This document shows positions 18,295 to 27,231 of a DNA stretch of 37,047 bases, piece by piece. This DNA comes from Nitrospiria bacterium (lineage in GTDB: Bacteria > Nitrospirota > Nitrospiria > 2-01-FULL-66-17), in NCBI GenBank assembly GCA_039914845.1, contig JBDSOK010000220.1:1-37047 (forward strand). Direction: 5' to 3'. The translations under genes were made by a program, and so were the position numbers. The notes beneath the pieces were generated by a model. It ran no database searches. It was not told where the DNA came from and saw only the letters and a program-made list of their open reading frames with translations. How positions within the stretch are numbered: the first letter of the stretch is position 1; the number at the start of each line of letters is the position of its first letter.

Positions 18295-19799
18295 ATCCAC
18301 GCGCAGCCGGGCTCTCGCTTCGTCTCTACAACACGATGAGCGGCGCCAAAGAGCCGTTGCGTCCCCGCGTGGCCGGACATCTCGGGATGTATGTCTGCGG
18401 GGTGACGGTGTACGACCTATGCCATATCGGCCATGCCCGTAGCGCGATCGTCTTCGACGTGTTGGCCCGGTATCTGGAGTCGCGCGGCGTGATCCTGACC
18501 TACGTCCGCAATTTCACCGACATCGACGATAAGATCATCGCCCGCGCGGCCCGCGACGGCCTCGGATGGCGCGAGGTCGCCGACCGCTACATCGCGGAAT
18601 ACTACCGCGATATGGATGCGCTCGGCATCCGCCGGCCCACCGTCGAACCCAAGGCCACCGACTACATTGCCGAGATGCTGGCGATCATCTCACGCCTGGT
18701 CGAGAAGGGGCTGGCCTATGCCGAAGGCGGCGACGTGTATTATCGCGTGGCGCAGTTTCCCACCTACGGGCGGCTCTCGCGGCGGCGGCTGGATCAATTG
18801 CGCGCCGGCGCCCGCGTGGAGGTCGATGAGAAAAAGCGCGACCCGCTGGACTTCGCGTTGTGGAAAGCGTCCAAGCCCGGGGAGCCGGCCTGGGACAGTC
18901 CGTGGGGGTCGGGGCGCCCGGGCTGGCACATCGAGTGCTCCGCGATGGCGATGGCGCACCTGGGGTCGAGCATCGATCTGCACGGCGGCGGGCAGGACCT
19001 CGCGTTTCCCCATCACGAAAACGAGATCGCCCAGTCGGAGGGCGCCACCGGGGTCGAGTTCGCCCGCTGTTGGATGCACAACGGATTCGTGACGATCAAC
19101 GAAGAGAAGATGTCCAAATCGCTGGGCAATTTCTTTACGATCCGGGAGATCGTGGACAAGTCGCCCTACGATCAAGACGTGACGGCGGAAGCGCTGCGGT
19201 ACCTCCTGCTCGGCACGCAGTATCGGAGTCCGATCGATTTTTCTGACGAGGGTCTGCGCAGCGCCAAAGTCGCTCTCGATGGCCTGTACGATGTGCTGGG
19301 CCGATTGCGCGAGCCCGAGGGCAAGCCGGTGATGGGTGCGGGGGACGAGGTGGCGCGACGGGCGATTGATGAGTTGGATCACCGGTTTGCCGCGGCAATG
19401 GATGACGACCTGAACACTCCGCAAGCGCTGGCCGCCATCCATCACGCGCGAACGGAGCTCAACCATGCGTTGGCGATCGGGATCAGCTCTGGGTTGGCGG
19501 AGGAGGCTGAATCGGGCATCAGAAGCACCGGACGGATTCTCGGTCTGAATTTTCACGCCGCGAGCCGGTACCGTGTCTCGTCCGATGCGACGACCGATAT
19601 CCAATTGCCCGGCCCTGCCGAACCCAATGTCCGACCGGTCGTGTGGTCCGACGCCGAGATTGATCGACTGGTGGAGGCCCGCAACGCCGCCCGGGCGCGC
19701 AAGGCGTGGGCGGAGGCCGATGCGATCCGCCGACAGCTGGCCGACGCGGGCGTGATCATCGAAGACCGGCCCGACGGCACGACGCGGATCAAGCGATGA
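18291..19799 (+). CDS. cysS: Cysteine--tRNA ligase
   Basis: [18 protein letters not shown] is the HIGH motif and KMSKSLGNF is the KMSKS motif. The ATG at 18291 overlaps the pcm stop (ATGA). Confidence 0.9.
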   Translation: MNPRAAGLSLRLYNTMSGAKEPLRPRVAGHLGMYVCGVTVYDLCHIGHARSAIVFDVLARYLESRGVILTYVRNFTDIDDKIIARAARDGLGWREVADRYIAEYYRDMDALGIRRPTVEPKATDYIAEMLAIISRLVEKGLAYAEGGDVYYRVAQFPTYGRLSRRRLDQLRAGARVEVDEKKRDPLDFALWKASKPGEPAWDSPWGSGRPGWHIECSAMAMAHLGSSIDLHGGGQDLAFPHHENEIAQSEGATGVEFARCWMHNGFVTINEEKMSKSLGNFFTIREIVDKSPYDQDVTAEALRYLLLGTQYRSPIDFSDEGLRSAKVALDGLYDVLGRLREPEGKPVMGAGDEVARRAIDELDHRFAAAMDDDLNTPQALAAIHHARTELNHALAIGISSGLAEEAESGIRSTGRILGLNFHAASRYRVSSDATTDIQLPGPAEPNVRPVVWSDAEIDRLVEARNAARARKAWAEADAIRRQLADAGVIIEDRPDGTTRIKR

Positions 19800-20557
19800 A
19801 CGACACCCGCGACGATCTGCTCTTCGGCGTCAACCCGGTCTCGGAGGCGCTGAAGGCGCGGCGGCCGATCCGCCGGGTGCTCATCCAGCGTGGACGCGGG
19901 GGACGCGAGATCGACGCCATCACCGCCGCGGCGCGCGAAGCGGGTGTCCCGCTGACGTTTGAGCCGCGGGAGGCGCTCGACCGCTTGACCGGCACGCCCA
20001 AGCATCAGGGCGTGGTGGCGCAGACGGCGGGGGCGGCGTATCGGCCGTTTGAAGCGCTCATGGCCGAGGCCGCGCAGCAACCGGGAGGCCTCTTCCTCGT
20101 CGTCCTGGACGGCGTGGAAGATCCGCGCAACCTGGGAGCGATTGCCCGTACCGCGGACGCGGTCGGCGCCGGCGGCCTGATCGTCCCCCAGCGTCGGGCC
20201 GCGGGGATCACCCCGACCGCGATGAAGGCGTCGGCCGGCGCGCTCGCCCACCTGCCGGTCGCCCAGGTCACCAATCTCGCCCGCGCGCTCAAGGCGCTCA
20301 AAGACGCGGGGTGCTGGCTGGTCGGTTTGGACGCGTCCTCCTCCACCGAGTACACCGCCGTGGATTATCGCGGTCCGCTGGCGGTGGTGCTGGGGCATGA
20401 GGGCGAGGGCGCTCGCGATCTCACACTCAAATCCTGCGACTTTCGCGTCCGCATCCCCATGCGCGGTCGTATGGAGTCGCTCAACGTCTCGGTTGCCGCG
20501 GGCGTCGTCCTCTACGAGGCCCTTCGCCAGCGCGGCACGAGCATCGCGCGGCATTGA
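19796..20557 (+). CDS. rlmB: 23S rRNA (guanosine-2'-O)-methyltransferase RlmB (SpoU/TrmH family)
   Basis: FGVNPV.EAL, LDGVEDPRNLGAIARTA, VLGHEGEG and ESLNVSVAAGVVLYE are SpoU motifs. The ATG at 19796 overlaps the cysS stop (ATGA). Confidence 0.85.
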   Translation: MNDTRDDLLFGVNPVSEALKARRPIRRVLIQRGRGGREIDAITAAAREAGVPLTFEPREALDRLTGTPKHQGVVAQTAGAAYRPFEALMAEAAQQPGGLFLVVLDGVEDPRNLGAIARTADAVGAGGLIVPQRRAAGITPTAMKASAGALAHLPVAQVTNLARALKALKDAGCWLVGLDASSSTEYTAVDYRGPLAVVLGHEGEGARDLTLKSCDFRVRIPMRGRMESLNVSVAAGVVLYEALRQRGTSIARH

Positions 20558-20600
20558 CAGGGCCTTGCCGCCCTGTTAGGGTCCCGCCGGAGGTTCTCTC

Positions 20601-20669
20601 ATGTCTACGATGCCCCATCGTCTGATTTCGCCCGTGCAGCCCCTCCTTCTCTCCGAAAGGGTGCCCTGA
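20601..20669 (+). CDS. 22-aa small ORF (MSTMPHRLISPVQPLLLSERVP) translationally coupled to the downstream B12-radical SAM gene
   Basis: GGAGG at 20589-20593 lies 7 nt before the ATG at 20601. The TGA at 20667-20669 shares one nt with the radical SAM ATG at 20669 (TGATG). I recognise no homology. Confidence 0.4.
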   Translation: MSTMPHRLISPVQPLLLSERVP

Positions 20670-22297
20670 TGCGTGTGTTCTTGATTCATGTCCGAGACCC
20701 TCAGTTTTACGCCCTGCCGGCGGCGACGCGCGCCAAGAACGGGAATATCCGGGTCATGGGCTTTCCGCCCATCGGCATCATGTCGCTCTCGTCCGTGCTC
20801 AAACGCGCGGGGCATGAGTGCGTCATGTTCGATCAGGCCAATCCGGACACGCCCAACGACGTCATCATTGACGAGATCCGGCGGCAGCGCCCCGCCCTCG
20901 TCGGCATGAGCTTCTTGAGCACCACCAGCTATCCCTACGCCAAGATCCTGGCCCGCCAGATCCGCGCGGTGGACACCACCGTCCGCCTGGCGTTCGGCGG
21001 CGTCTTCGCCTCGCTCAACGCGCAGTTGGTGAAGCTCCAATGCCCCGAGGTGGACTTTGTCTGCCGCGGCGACGGCGAACAGCTCATCCTCGATCTGGTG
21101 GAGCGGATGGACGCGCCCGAGACGGTGGAAAGCCTGACGTGGACCAAGGACGGGCAGGTGATCCAGAACCCCAACCGGACGACCGAGCGACACCTCGATC
21201 AATGGCCCTTTCCCGACCGCGAGAGCCTGCCGCTGGATTTCATCGAGTCGATGCCGCTCGACGTGCCGGCGGTACTGTCGATGGAGCGTTTCACGACGAT
21301 GCAGACCTCCCGCGGTTGTCCGTGGCCGTGCATCTTCTGCGACATCCCGATCTTCAATGACGGCAAGTGGCGGTTCCGCAGCGCCGAGCACGTGGTGGAA
21401 GAGTTCAAGTATCTCCAGAATCTCGGCTACGGCGCCGTCTACTTCGTCGACGATCACTTTCTCCTCAAGCCCAAGCGGATCGAGACGATGTGCCAGGGCC
21501 TCATCGACAACGACATCACCATCGAGTGGGGCGTCGAGGGGCGCGTGGACTCGGTCTGCCAGCATCTCTTTCCCATCATGGCCAAGGCGCACTGCCGGAC
21601 GATCATGTTCGGGATCGAGAGCGGTAGCCAGAAAATCCTCGATCGGCTCAAGAAGGAACAGACGCTGGAAGACGTCGAATCCGCGGTGACGAACGCCAAG
21701 AAGTCCGGCATCGAGATCGTCCACGGGTTTTTTACCGTCGGCAATCCCGACGAAACCGTCGAGGATATGCGGGCCACGTTCGACTTCGCGTCGCGGCTTC
21801 GGCTGGACACCTTCGGATTCAACCGGCTCTGCGTCTACCGCGGCACGCCCCTCTGGCAGGAATACGTGAAGCGCGGGGTGGTCAACGACGTCACCGATTG
21901 GTACAAGTACTTTAAGTGTTCGGAAATCGACCCGACCTGTCTGCCCGGCGAGGTCATCAACGCCGAGCGCAACGCCGGCCTGCGGCGGCTCTTTGTCTAC
22001 AAGCTGACGCATTACCCCATCCAGACCTTCAGGCTGCTGCGCCGCTTCCTCCGCTTCATGCCGCTGCGCGATGTGCTCTATCTGCTGACCAAGCCGTTCT
22101 TCGGTAAAAAGAGCGGCCAAACCAAGGCCGAAGTGCTGTCGCGCGCCGTCGAGCACGGCTCGCTCAAAGACGCCGCCGCCCAGCTCACGCAAATTTCCGA
22201 CGACGTGCTCGAACACGTGATCAACGAGTCGAAAGCCGAACGCCTCCGGATCCAACGCGAAGCGGAAACCGCGGCGACCGCAGGCCGCGGAGCCTGA
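20669..22297 (+). CDS. Cobalamin (B12)-binding domain radical SAM protein (class B), substrate unknown
   Basis: N-terminal B12-binding-like Rossmann segment (GFPPIGIMSLSSVLKRAGHEC..FD). CxxxCxxC cluster TSRGCPWPCIFCD. 542 aa with a hydrophilic C-terminal tail. Confidence 0.8.
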   Translation: MRVFLIHVRDPQFYALPAATRAKNGNIRVMGFPPIGIMSLSSVLKRAGHECVMFDQANPDTPNDVIIDEIRRQRPALVGMSFLSTTSYPYAKILARQIRAVDTTVRLAFGGVFASLNAQLVKLQCPEVDFVCRGDGEQLILDLVERMDAPETVESLTWTKDGQVIQNPNRTTERHLDQWPFPDRESLPLDFIESMPLDVPAVLSMERFTTMQTSRGCPWPCIFCDIPIFNDGKWRFRSAEHVVEEFKYLQNLGYGAVYFVDDHFLLKPKRIETMCQGLIDNDITIEWGVEGRVDSVCQHLFPIMAKAHCRTIMFGIESGSQKILDRLKKEQTLEDVESAVTNAKKSGIEIVHGFFTVGNPDETVEDMRATFDFASRLRLDTFGFNRLCVYRGTPLWQEYVKRGVVNDVTDWYKYFKCSEIDPTCLPGEVINAERNAGLRRLFVYKLTHYPIQTFRLLRRFLRFMPLRDVLYLLTKPFFGKKSGQTKAEVLSRAVEHGSLKDAAAQLTQISDDVLEHVINESKAERLRIQREAETAATAGRGA

Positions 22298-22531
22298 CGG
22301 CGGTTCGCGGTCTCCCCCCCGCCGAAGATCGTCTCGGATATGGGTGAACGGCGCCCCCACGGCTAATTCCGGCATTTACACGGGCTTCAGCCTGTTTGCG
22401 GTGCTCTCATGGTGGCCGACCACTCGTCTGACGGCGACGGCGGGAGGGGATGGGGATCGATGACCAACGCTGTTAAAGGCGCGTTATTATCGGCGCTAGT
22501 TCTCCCGGGCGTCGGGGAGTCTCAGTCACGT

Positions 22532-23458
22532 TTAAGACACTCTCCGCTGTTTCCTTCCCCAAATAGTCAGGCCTATCAAGCCTGCGCCAAAGAGTAGAAG
22601 CGAAGATGGTTCGGGGACCGATTTTATCGAGCTTCCGAGGAAACCGTACACTCGATGATCGCTGCCGAGGAAGGTTCCGACGATGTCACCGGCGTCATTG
22701 ATCCCGTAAATCATGGTCGAGTATGCACCAGGGACCGTAATTCCCCAGTTCACAGTTGATGAATCCCCGTCGATCACGAAACCACTATAACCCGTGCCTG
22801 TACTATCGCTATAGAACCCAGCGATATCTCCATGGTTATTGATCCCCATCGCTTGGGATGTTGTGCCAATTATGAGGCTTGTGGGTTCACCGCCGGCAAG
22901 CCTGATGAGACTTTGTGTCTGATCGGGGGTTCCTCCGACCACATCGCCGTGATCATTGATTCCATGGGCCGACATGTTGGGAATGGTGGTGGGCGTCCCA
23001 TCCTGGCCCTGCACGAATCCGTGACCAAGGCCTTCGCTGTCAGTGAATCGTCCGACCATCTCGTTTTGATTGTTAATCCCTCGCACTTGGGTAAATGTTT
23101 CACCAATCATGATGCTCCCAATGCTGCCATCGGCTGATCTCAAAAATCCCTGGGGAGTGCTAGCCACACTGAACCCCCCGACGATATCTCCGGAATCATT
23201 AATGCCCCAGGCTAACGTAAAATTTGCGCCGGGGAAATTGATGGTGGACAAGACGCCATCGCGAAGAAGAAACCCGTGTGTGCCGGTGGTATCATCATAG
23301 CCCCCCACAATATCTCCACTGTTGTTAATCCCATGTGCTTCGGTTCCTGAAGCATTGGGGGCCTCAATCGTTGTAAAGGTATAGCTAATAGCCTGTGCCA
23401 TCGGGGCGATTCCAAGAACAAGGCTAAGCGTCGTGAAACCGAGCATCTGCTGCCGCAT
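22532..23458 (-). CDS. Secreted HAF-type repeat protein with a C-terminal PEP-CTERM sorting signal
   Basis: Signal peptide ending AQA. Six GIN(N/D)xG(D/E)(I/V)VG repeats. The C-terminus VPEPSSLLLFGAGLIGLTIWGRKQRR is a PEP-CTERM signal. A strong SD (GAGGAG) lies 6 nt before the ATG. Confidence 0.85.
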   Translation of the reverse strand: MRQQMLGFTTLSLVLGIAPMAQAISYTFTTIEAPNASGTEAHGINNSGDIVGGYDDTTGTHGFLLRDGVLSTINFPGANFTLAWGINDSGDIVGGFSVASTPQGFLRSADGSIGSIMIGETFTQVRGINNQNEMVGRFTDSEGLGHGFVQGQDGTPTTIPNMSAHGINDHGDVVGGTPDQTQSLIRLAGGEPTSLIIGTTSQAMGINNHGDIAGFYSDSTGTGYSGFVIDGDSSTVNWGITVPGAYSTMIYGINDAGDIVGTFLGSDHRVYGFLGSSIKSVPEPSSLLLFGAGLIGLTIWGRKQRRVS

Positions 23459-23655
23459 TTTCGGCTCCTCTTTAAGGCGATCACGGAATGAACTTCGCGA
23501 GGTTCGATTTGGTGAATGGATATCTCTCAGTGGACAATGGAATTATAGGAAATACAAGTTGCGGAATTGTTGCGTGAGGAGCTGCGCCAAGCCAGACCGA
23601 ACACGAGCGGGAAATTTCCGTATACTAGGCTCCACCTATACTGCGGAGGCAATGT

Positions 23656-24156
23656 ATGACTCAATCTATCATCTTGCGGCTGACGATGCTTACGTCTTGT
23701 CTGGTGTTGACCCTGACGTTCTCCGCCATGGCGGTGTCATCGGAGGCGGCTCTGGACTTTTCCTTGAAGACTCTGGATGGGAAGACGATCACCAAGGCGT
23801 CGCTTAAGGGTCAGCCGACGTTGCTCATGTTCTGGGCCTCGTGGTGTGGGACTTGCCAGCAGGAACTGCCCAACGTGAAGGCGCTCTACGAACAGTACAA
23901 GGCCAAAGGCCTTCAGGCGGTGGCGATCGGGTTTCAGGATGAAGAGGCCGACATCCGGGAGTATGTTCAGGCACATCAGAGCACGTTTGTCTTTCCCGCC
24001 GCGTACGACACCCGAAATCAGATCTCAACACTCTTCAAGGTCCGGGGAACTCCGACGTTCGTCGTGCTGGATGCCCAGGGCCGGATTGCCCTGGTCCATA
24101 CCGGAGGCGGCGTCCTTCACAATCCCGCGTTCCAGAAGTTCATCCAGACCCTGTAA
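23656..24156 (+). CDS. TlpA/ResA-like periplasmic thiol:disulfide oxidoreductase (thioredoxin fold)
   Basis: Signal or anchor sequence followed by LLMFWASWCGTCQQELP (CxxC) and RGTPTFVVLD. GGAGG lies upstream of the ATG. Confidence 0.8.
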   Translation: MTQSIILRLTMLTSCLVLTLTFSAMAVSSEAALDFSLKTLDGKTITKASLKGQPTLLMFWASWCGTCQQELPNVKALYEQYKAKGLQAVAIGFQDEEADIREYVQAHQSTFVFPAAYDTRNQISTLFKVRGTPTFVVLDAQGRIALVHTGGGVLHNPAFQKFIQTL

Positions 24157-24169
24157 GCGCGTCACGCCT

Positions 24170-24847
24170 GTGAAACTCTCCGTCACGCTGGCCGAGACCA
24201 CCCTCACGGGAGGGGCCGTGCTCTCCCTGTGCAGGCGGGACGGCCACTACTTCCTGCGCGTCGCGGGCCGCGAGCTCATGGGCACGGTGGCGGCGAACTC
24301 AGAGATGCGGCTGGCCGAACTGGGCTGTGAGATGCTCGGCACGGCGAAGGACCCGCGGGTCCTGATCGGCGGACTTGGGTTTGGGTTCACGCTGCGCCGG
24401 GTCCTCGAATTGGTGCGCCCCAACGTGAGCGTGGAGGTGGCGGAACTGCTGCCCCAGGTCGTAGCCTGGAATCGCGAGTATCTCCAGTCCGTCAACGGCG
24501 GCCTGGTCGACGACCCGCGCGTCACGATCCGGATCGACGATGTCCTGGCCGTCCTGGCGCGCGTGAAGGCGCCCCGGTACGATGCCGTCCTCTTCGATAT
24601 CGACAACGGGCCGGCCGCGATCGTGGCGGCGGCCAATGCACGCCTCTATGCGGCTCCCGGACTCACGGCCTTGTCCCGCGCGCTTCGCGCGGGCGGACGA
24701 GCGGTCTTCTGGTCGGCGTCGACCAACCGCGGGTTCTTGAAGCGACTCGCCCGGGCTGGTTTCCGCGCGACGGCGGTCGGCGCCAAGTCCTACCCGCACG
24801 CGAAGCGCGACACGCACACGCTCTTTGTGGCCGACTGGCCCGGTTGA
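24170..24847 (+). CDS. Spermidine synthase-like class I SAM-dependent methyltransferase-fold protein
   Basis: VLIGGLGFGFTLRRVL...VEVAEL...YDAVLFDIDNGP resembles the spermine/spermidine synthase family. I chose the GTG at 24170; the longer ORF from 23939 would overlap the TlpA-like gene. Confidence 0.65.
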   Translation: MKLSVTLAETTLTGGAVLSLCRRDGHYFLRVAGRELMGTVAANSEMRLAELGCEMLGTAKDPRVLIGGLGFGFTLRRVLELVRPNVSVEVAELLPQVVAWNREYLQSVNGGLVDDPRVTIRIDDVLAVLARVKAPRYDAVLFDIDNGPAAIVAAANARLYAAPGLTALSRALRAGGRAVFWSASTNRGFLKRLARAGFRATAVGAKSYPHAKRDTHTLFVADWPG

Positions 24848-24929
24848 ACTCGGGGTCTGGCTGACGCGTGACCCGTGCATCGCGCCGGAATCGGGTTCGA
24901 CACTCGTGTGCTGCGAGAACGCGTCTGCC

Positions 24930-24958
24930 TTGATTTGGCTGCAACCTCCTGTTATCGT
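24930..24958 (+). promoter_or_regulatory. Putative promoter (TTGATT - 17 nt - TATCGT) immediately upstream of queE
   Basis: Read directly. The -10 box ends 8 nt before the queE ATG, which implies a leaderless or near-leaderless transcript. Confidence 0.3.
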
Positions 24959-24966
24959 GGCTCCCG

Positions 24967-25602
24967 ATGCGCGTCACCGAGATTTTTCACAGTATTCAGG
25001 GCGAATCGACGTACGCGGGCTTACCGTGCGTGTTCGTGCGGATCACCGGCTGTCCGCTGCGCTGCACGTGGTGCGACACGACGTATGCGTTCGACGAGGG
25101 CGCGGAGTTGGGTCTCGAGCGGATCGTCGAGCGGGTGGCGGAGTATCCGTGCCGCCTCGTGGAGCTGACCGGCGGTGAGCCGCTGCATGATCCCGAGGCG
25201 TTCGTGCTGGCGACGCGCTTGCTCGATGCGGGGTATACCGTGCTGGTGGAGACGAGCGGGGCGGTGGATATCGCGCCCCTCGATCCGCGCGCGGTGATCA
25301 TCATGGATCTCAAATGCCCGGCGAGCGGGATGGCCGATCGCAATCTCTGGAGCAATCTCGACCGGCTCAAGCCGTCGGATGAGGTCAAGTTCGTGGTCAA
25401 CGATCGCGACGATTATCTCTGGGTGCGCGATGTGCTGAGCCGCACTGGCGTGGATGGCCGGCAGACCGTGCTCCTGTCCCCGGTCTTCGGCGAGCTCGAC
25501 CCCAAACTCCTGGCCGCGTGGATCCTGGAAGACGGGCTTCGGGTCCGCCTGCAAATTCAAGTACACAAGTTCATCTGGGACCCCTCGGCTCGAGGGGTCT
25601 AG
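24967..25602 (+). CDS. queE: 7-carboxy-7-deazaguanine synthase (radical SAM)
   Basis: EIFHSIQGEST.AG.PCVFVRITGCPLRCTWCDT is the QueE N-terminal cluster motif. 211 aa. Confidence 0.9.
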   Translation: MRVTEIFHSIQGESTYAGLPCVFVRITGCPLRCTWCDTTYAFDEGAELGLERIVERVAEYPCRLVELTGGEPLHDPEAFVLATRLLDAGYTVLVETSGAVDIAPLDPRAVIIMDLKCPASGMADRNLWSNLDRLKPSDEVKFVVNDRDDYLWVRDVLSRTGVDGRQTVLLSPVFGELDPKLLAAWILEDGLRVRLQIQVHKFIWDPSARGV

Positions 25603-25623
25603 GCTTTGGCGAAGAGGAGTGAG

Positions 25624-27231
25624 ATGACGCGTCAGGTGACCGTGAAGGTCGGCGATGTACTCCATGCGACGGATGAGGCGATCGTCGTGTTTCGGGGCGA
25701 GGACCGGGAGCGACAGGGAGAGTGGCGGGCGCTCGGCGAAGCGATGGGCACGGCCTTTCTCACGGCATTGAGCGGGTGCGGGTTCGAGGGCAAGCCCGGG
25801 CAAGCGGCGCTCGTCCACAGCATGGGCCGCGTGCCCGCGCGAGTGGTGATCGTGGCGGGCATCGGCCTGGTCGATGCGACCTCTCCCGAACGCATTCGTC
25901 AGGCCGCGGCGCGCGCCGCTCAGCGGGCGCGGGAGGCGGGGTGCGAACGCGTGACGTTCAGTGCCCGTGTCGAGGGGGTGGATCGGACGGCCTCCGCTCG
26001 GGCCTGCGTGGAAGGCGCCCTCCTGGGGCTCTATCGGTTTACCGCCTATAAGACCGAGCACGACGGCGATCAACGCGACGTGCGGCGCATCACGCTGCTC
26101 GCGGACAAGGCCGATCTCGCCGCGGTGCAGGCCGGTGTCCGACTGGGGACGATCGTGGCCGAGAGCGTCAACCAGGTCCGCGACCTGGGCAACCTCCCCG
26201 CCAATGTGGCCACCCCCACGCATATTGCCGAGCGCGCCCGGGCCATGGCCCGGGCCCATGGCCTGACCTGCGAGATCATCGAACGGAAGGGCATGGAACG
26301 GTTGGGGATGGGCGCGCTCTTGGGCGTGGCGCGGGGCAGCGTGGAGCCGCCGAAGCTGATTGTGCTTCGGTATTCCGGCACCGGCCGCTCGAACGGCCGG
26401 TCGGCCTCCGTCAAGCCGTTGGTCCTGGTCGGGAAAACGATCACGTTCGACAGCGGGGGCATCTCGCTCAAGCCCAGCGACAAGATGGAGCAGATGAAGA
26501 GCGACATGCTCGGCGGCGCGGGCGTCTTGGCCGTCATGCAGGCCGCCGCGCAGCTTCGGTTGCCGTTTCCCATCATCGGATTGCTGCCGGCCACGGAGAA
26601 CATGCCGAGCGGCACCGCCATCAAACCGGGCGACGTGGTGACTGCCTACTCGGGGACGACCATCGAAGTCATCAATACCGACGCGGAGGGGCGTTTGGTA
26701 TTGGCCGATGCGCTCGCGTACGCGATCAAGACGTATCAGCCGCGGGCGATCCTGGACATCGCCACGTTGACGGGAGCCTGTTCGGTTGCCCTGGGGCAAC
26801 ACGCGATCGGCCTCTTGGGAACCGACCCCGCGTTGATTGCGTGCGTGGAAAAGGCGGCCACGGCCAGCGGAGAACGCGTGTGGCAATTGCCGTTATGGGA
26901 AGACTATTACGAGCAGATCAAGAGCGACGTGGCCGATCTGAAAAACACCGGCGGCCGCGCGGCGGGCACCATTACCGCGGCGGCATTTCTCAGCCGGTTC
27001 GTGGGCAAGACCCCCTGGGCGCACCTGGACATTGCGGGCACGATGTGGAGCGATGACACGCGGCATTACGTCTCCAAGGGTGCCACCGGAGCGGGGGTTC
27101 GCCTGTTGATTCAACTCTTGTTGGATTGGGTGCGCGACGCCGATGACAAGCAGCCGGCCGTTCGCAACGGACGCCGTGCGGCGTCCGCCCGCCCCTCGCG
27201 CGGGCGTGTGCGAACGGTTGCCGCCCGATGA
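25624..27231 (+). CDS. pepA: Leucyl aminopeptidase (M17 family)
   Basis: VGKTITFDSGGISLKP and NTDAEGRLVLADAL are the M17 signatures. The ATG at 25624 follows GAGGAG. The Arg-rich C-terminal tail overlaps the nagZ start. Confidence 0.9.
   Translation: MTRQVTVKVGDVLHATDEAIVVFRGEDRERQGEWRALGEAMGTAFLTALSGCGFEGKPGQAALVHSMGRVPARVVIVAGIGLVDATSPERIRQAAARAAQRAREAGCERVTFSARVEGVDRTASARACVEGALLGLYRFTAYKTEHDGDQRDVRRITLLADKADLAAVQAGVRLGTIVAESVNQVRDLGNLPANVATPTHIAERARAMARAHGLTCEIIERKGMERLGMGALLGVARGSVEPPKLIVLRYSGTGRSNGRSASVKPLVLVGKTITFDSGGISLKPSDKMEQMKSDMLGGAGVLAVMQAAAQLRLPFPIIGLLPATENMPSGTAIKPGDVVTAYSGTTIEVINTDAEGRLVLADALAYAIKTYQPRAILDIATLTGACSVALGQHAIGLLGTDPALIACVEKAATASGERVWQLPLWEDYYEQIKSDVADLKNTGGRAAGTITAAAFLSRFVGKTPWAHLDIAGTMWSDDTRHYVSKGATGAGVRLLIQLLLDWVRDADDKQPAVRNGRRAASARPSRGRVRTVAAR

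Noticed and set aside
20558-20575. The hairpin CAGGGC-cttgcc-GCCCTG after rlmB as an intrinsic terminator.
   Set aside because: It has only a 6-bp stem and no U-tract. The 22-aa ORF and the radical SAM gene may well be co-transcribed with rlmB, so I did not list it as a feature.
22400-24160. Calling the lower-GC islet a genomic island or mobile element.
   Set aside because: No integrase, transposase, tRNA-adjacent att site or flanking direct repeats are visible. I report only a compositional anomaly (estimated by eye) as a finding, not as a mobile_element feature.
23939-24169. A long N-terminal extension of the spermidine-synthase-like ORF (track start 23939).
   Set aside because: The extension overlaps the 3' two-fifths of the well-supported TlpA-like gene in another frame and is Arg/Ser/Pro-rich. 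The in-frame GTG at 24170, just after the TlpA stop, gives a family-typical length.
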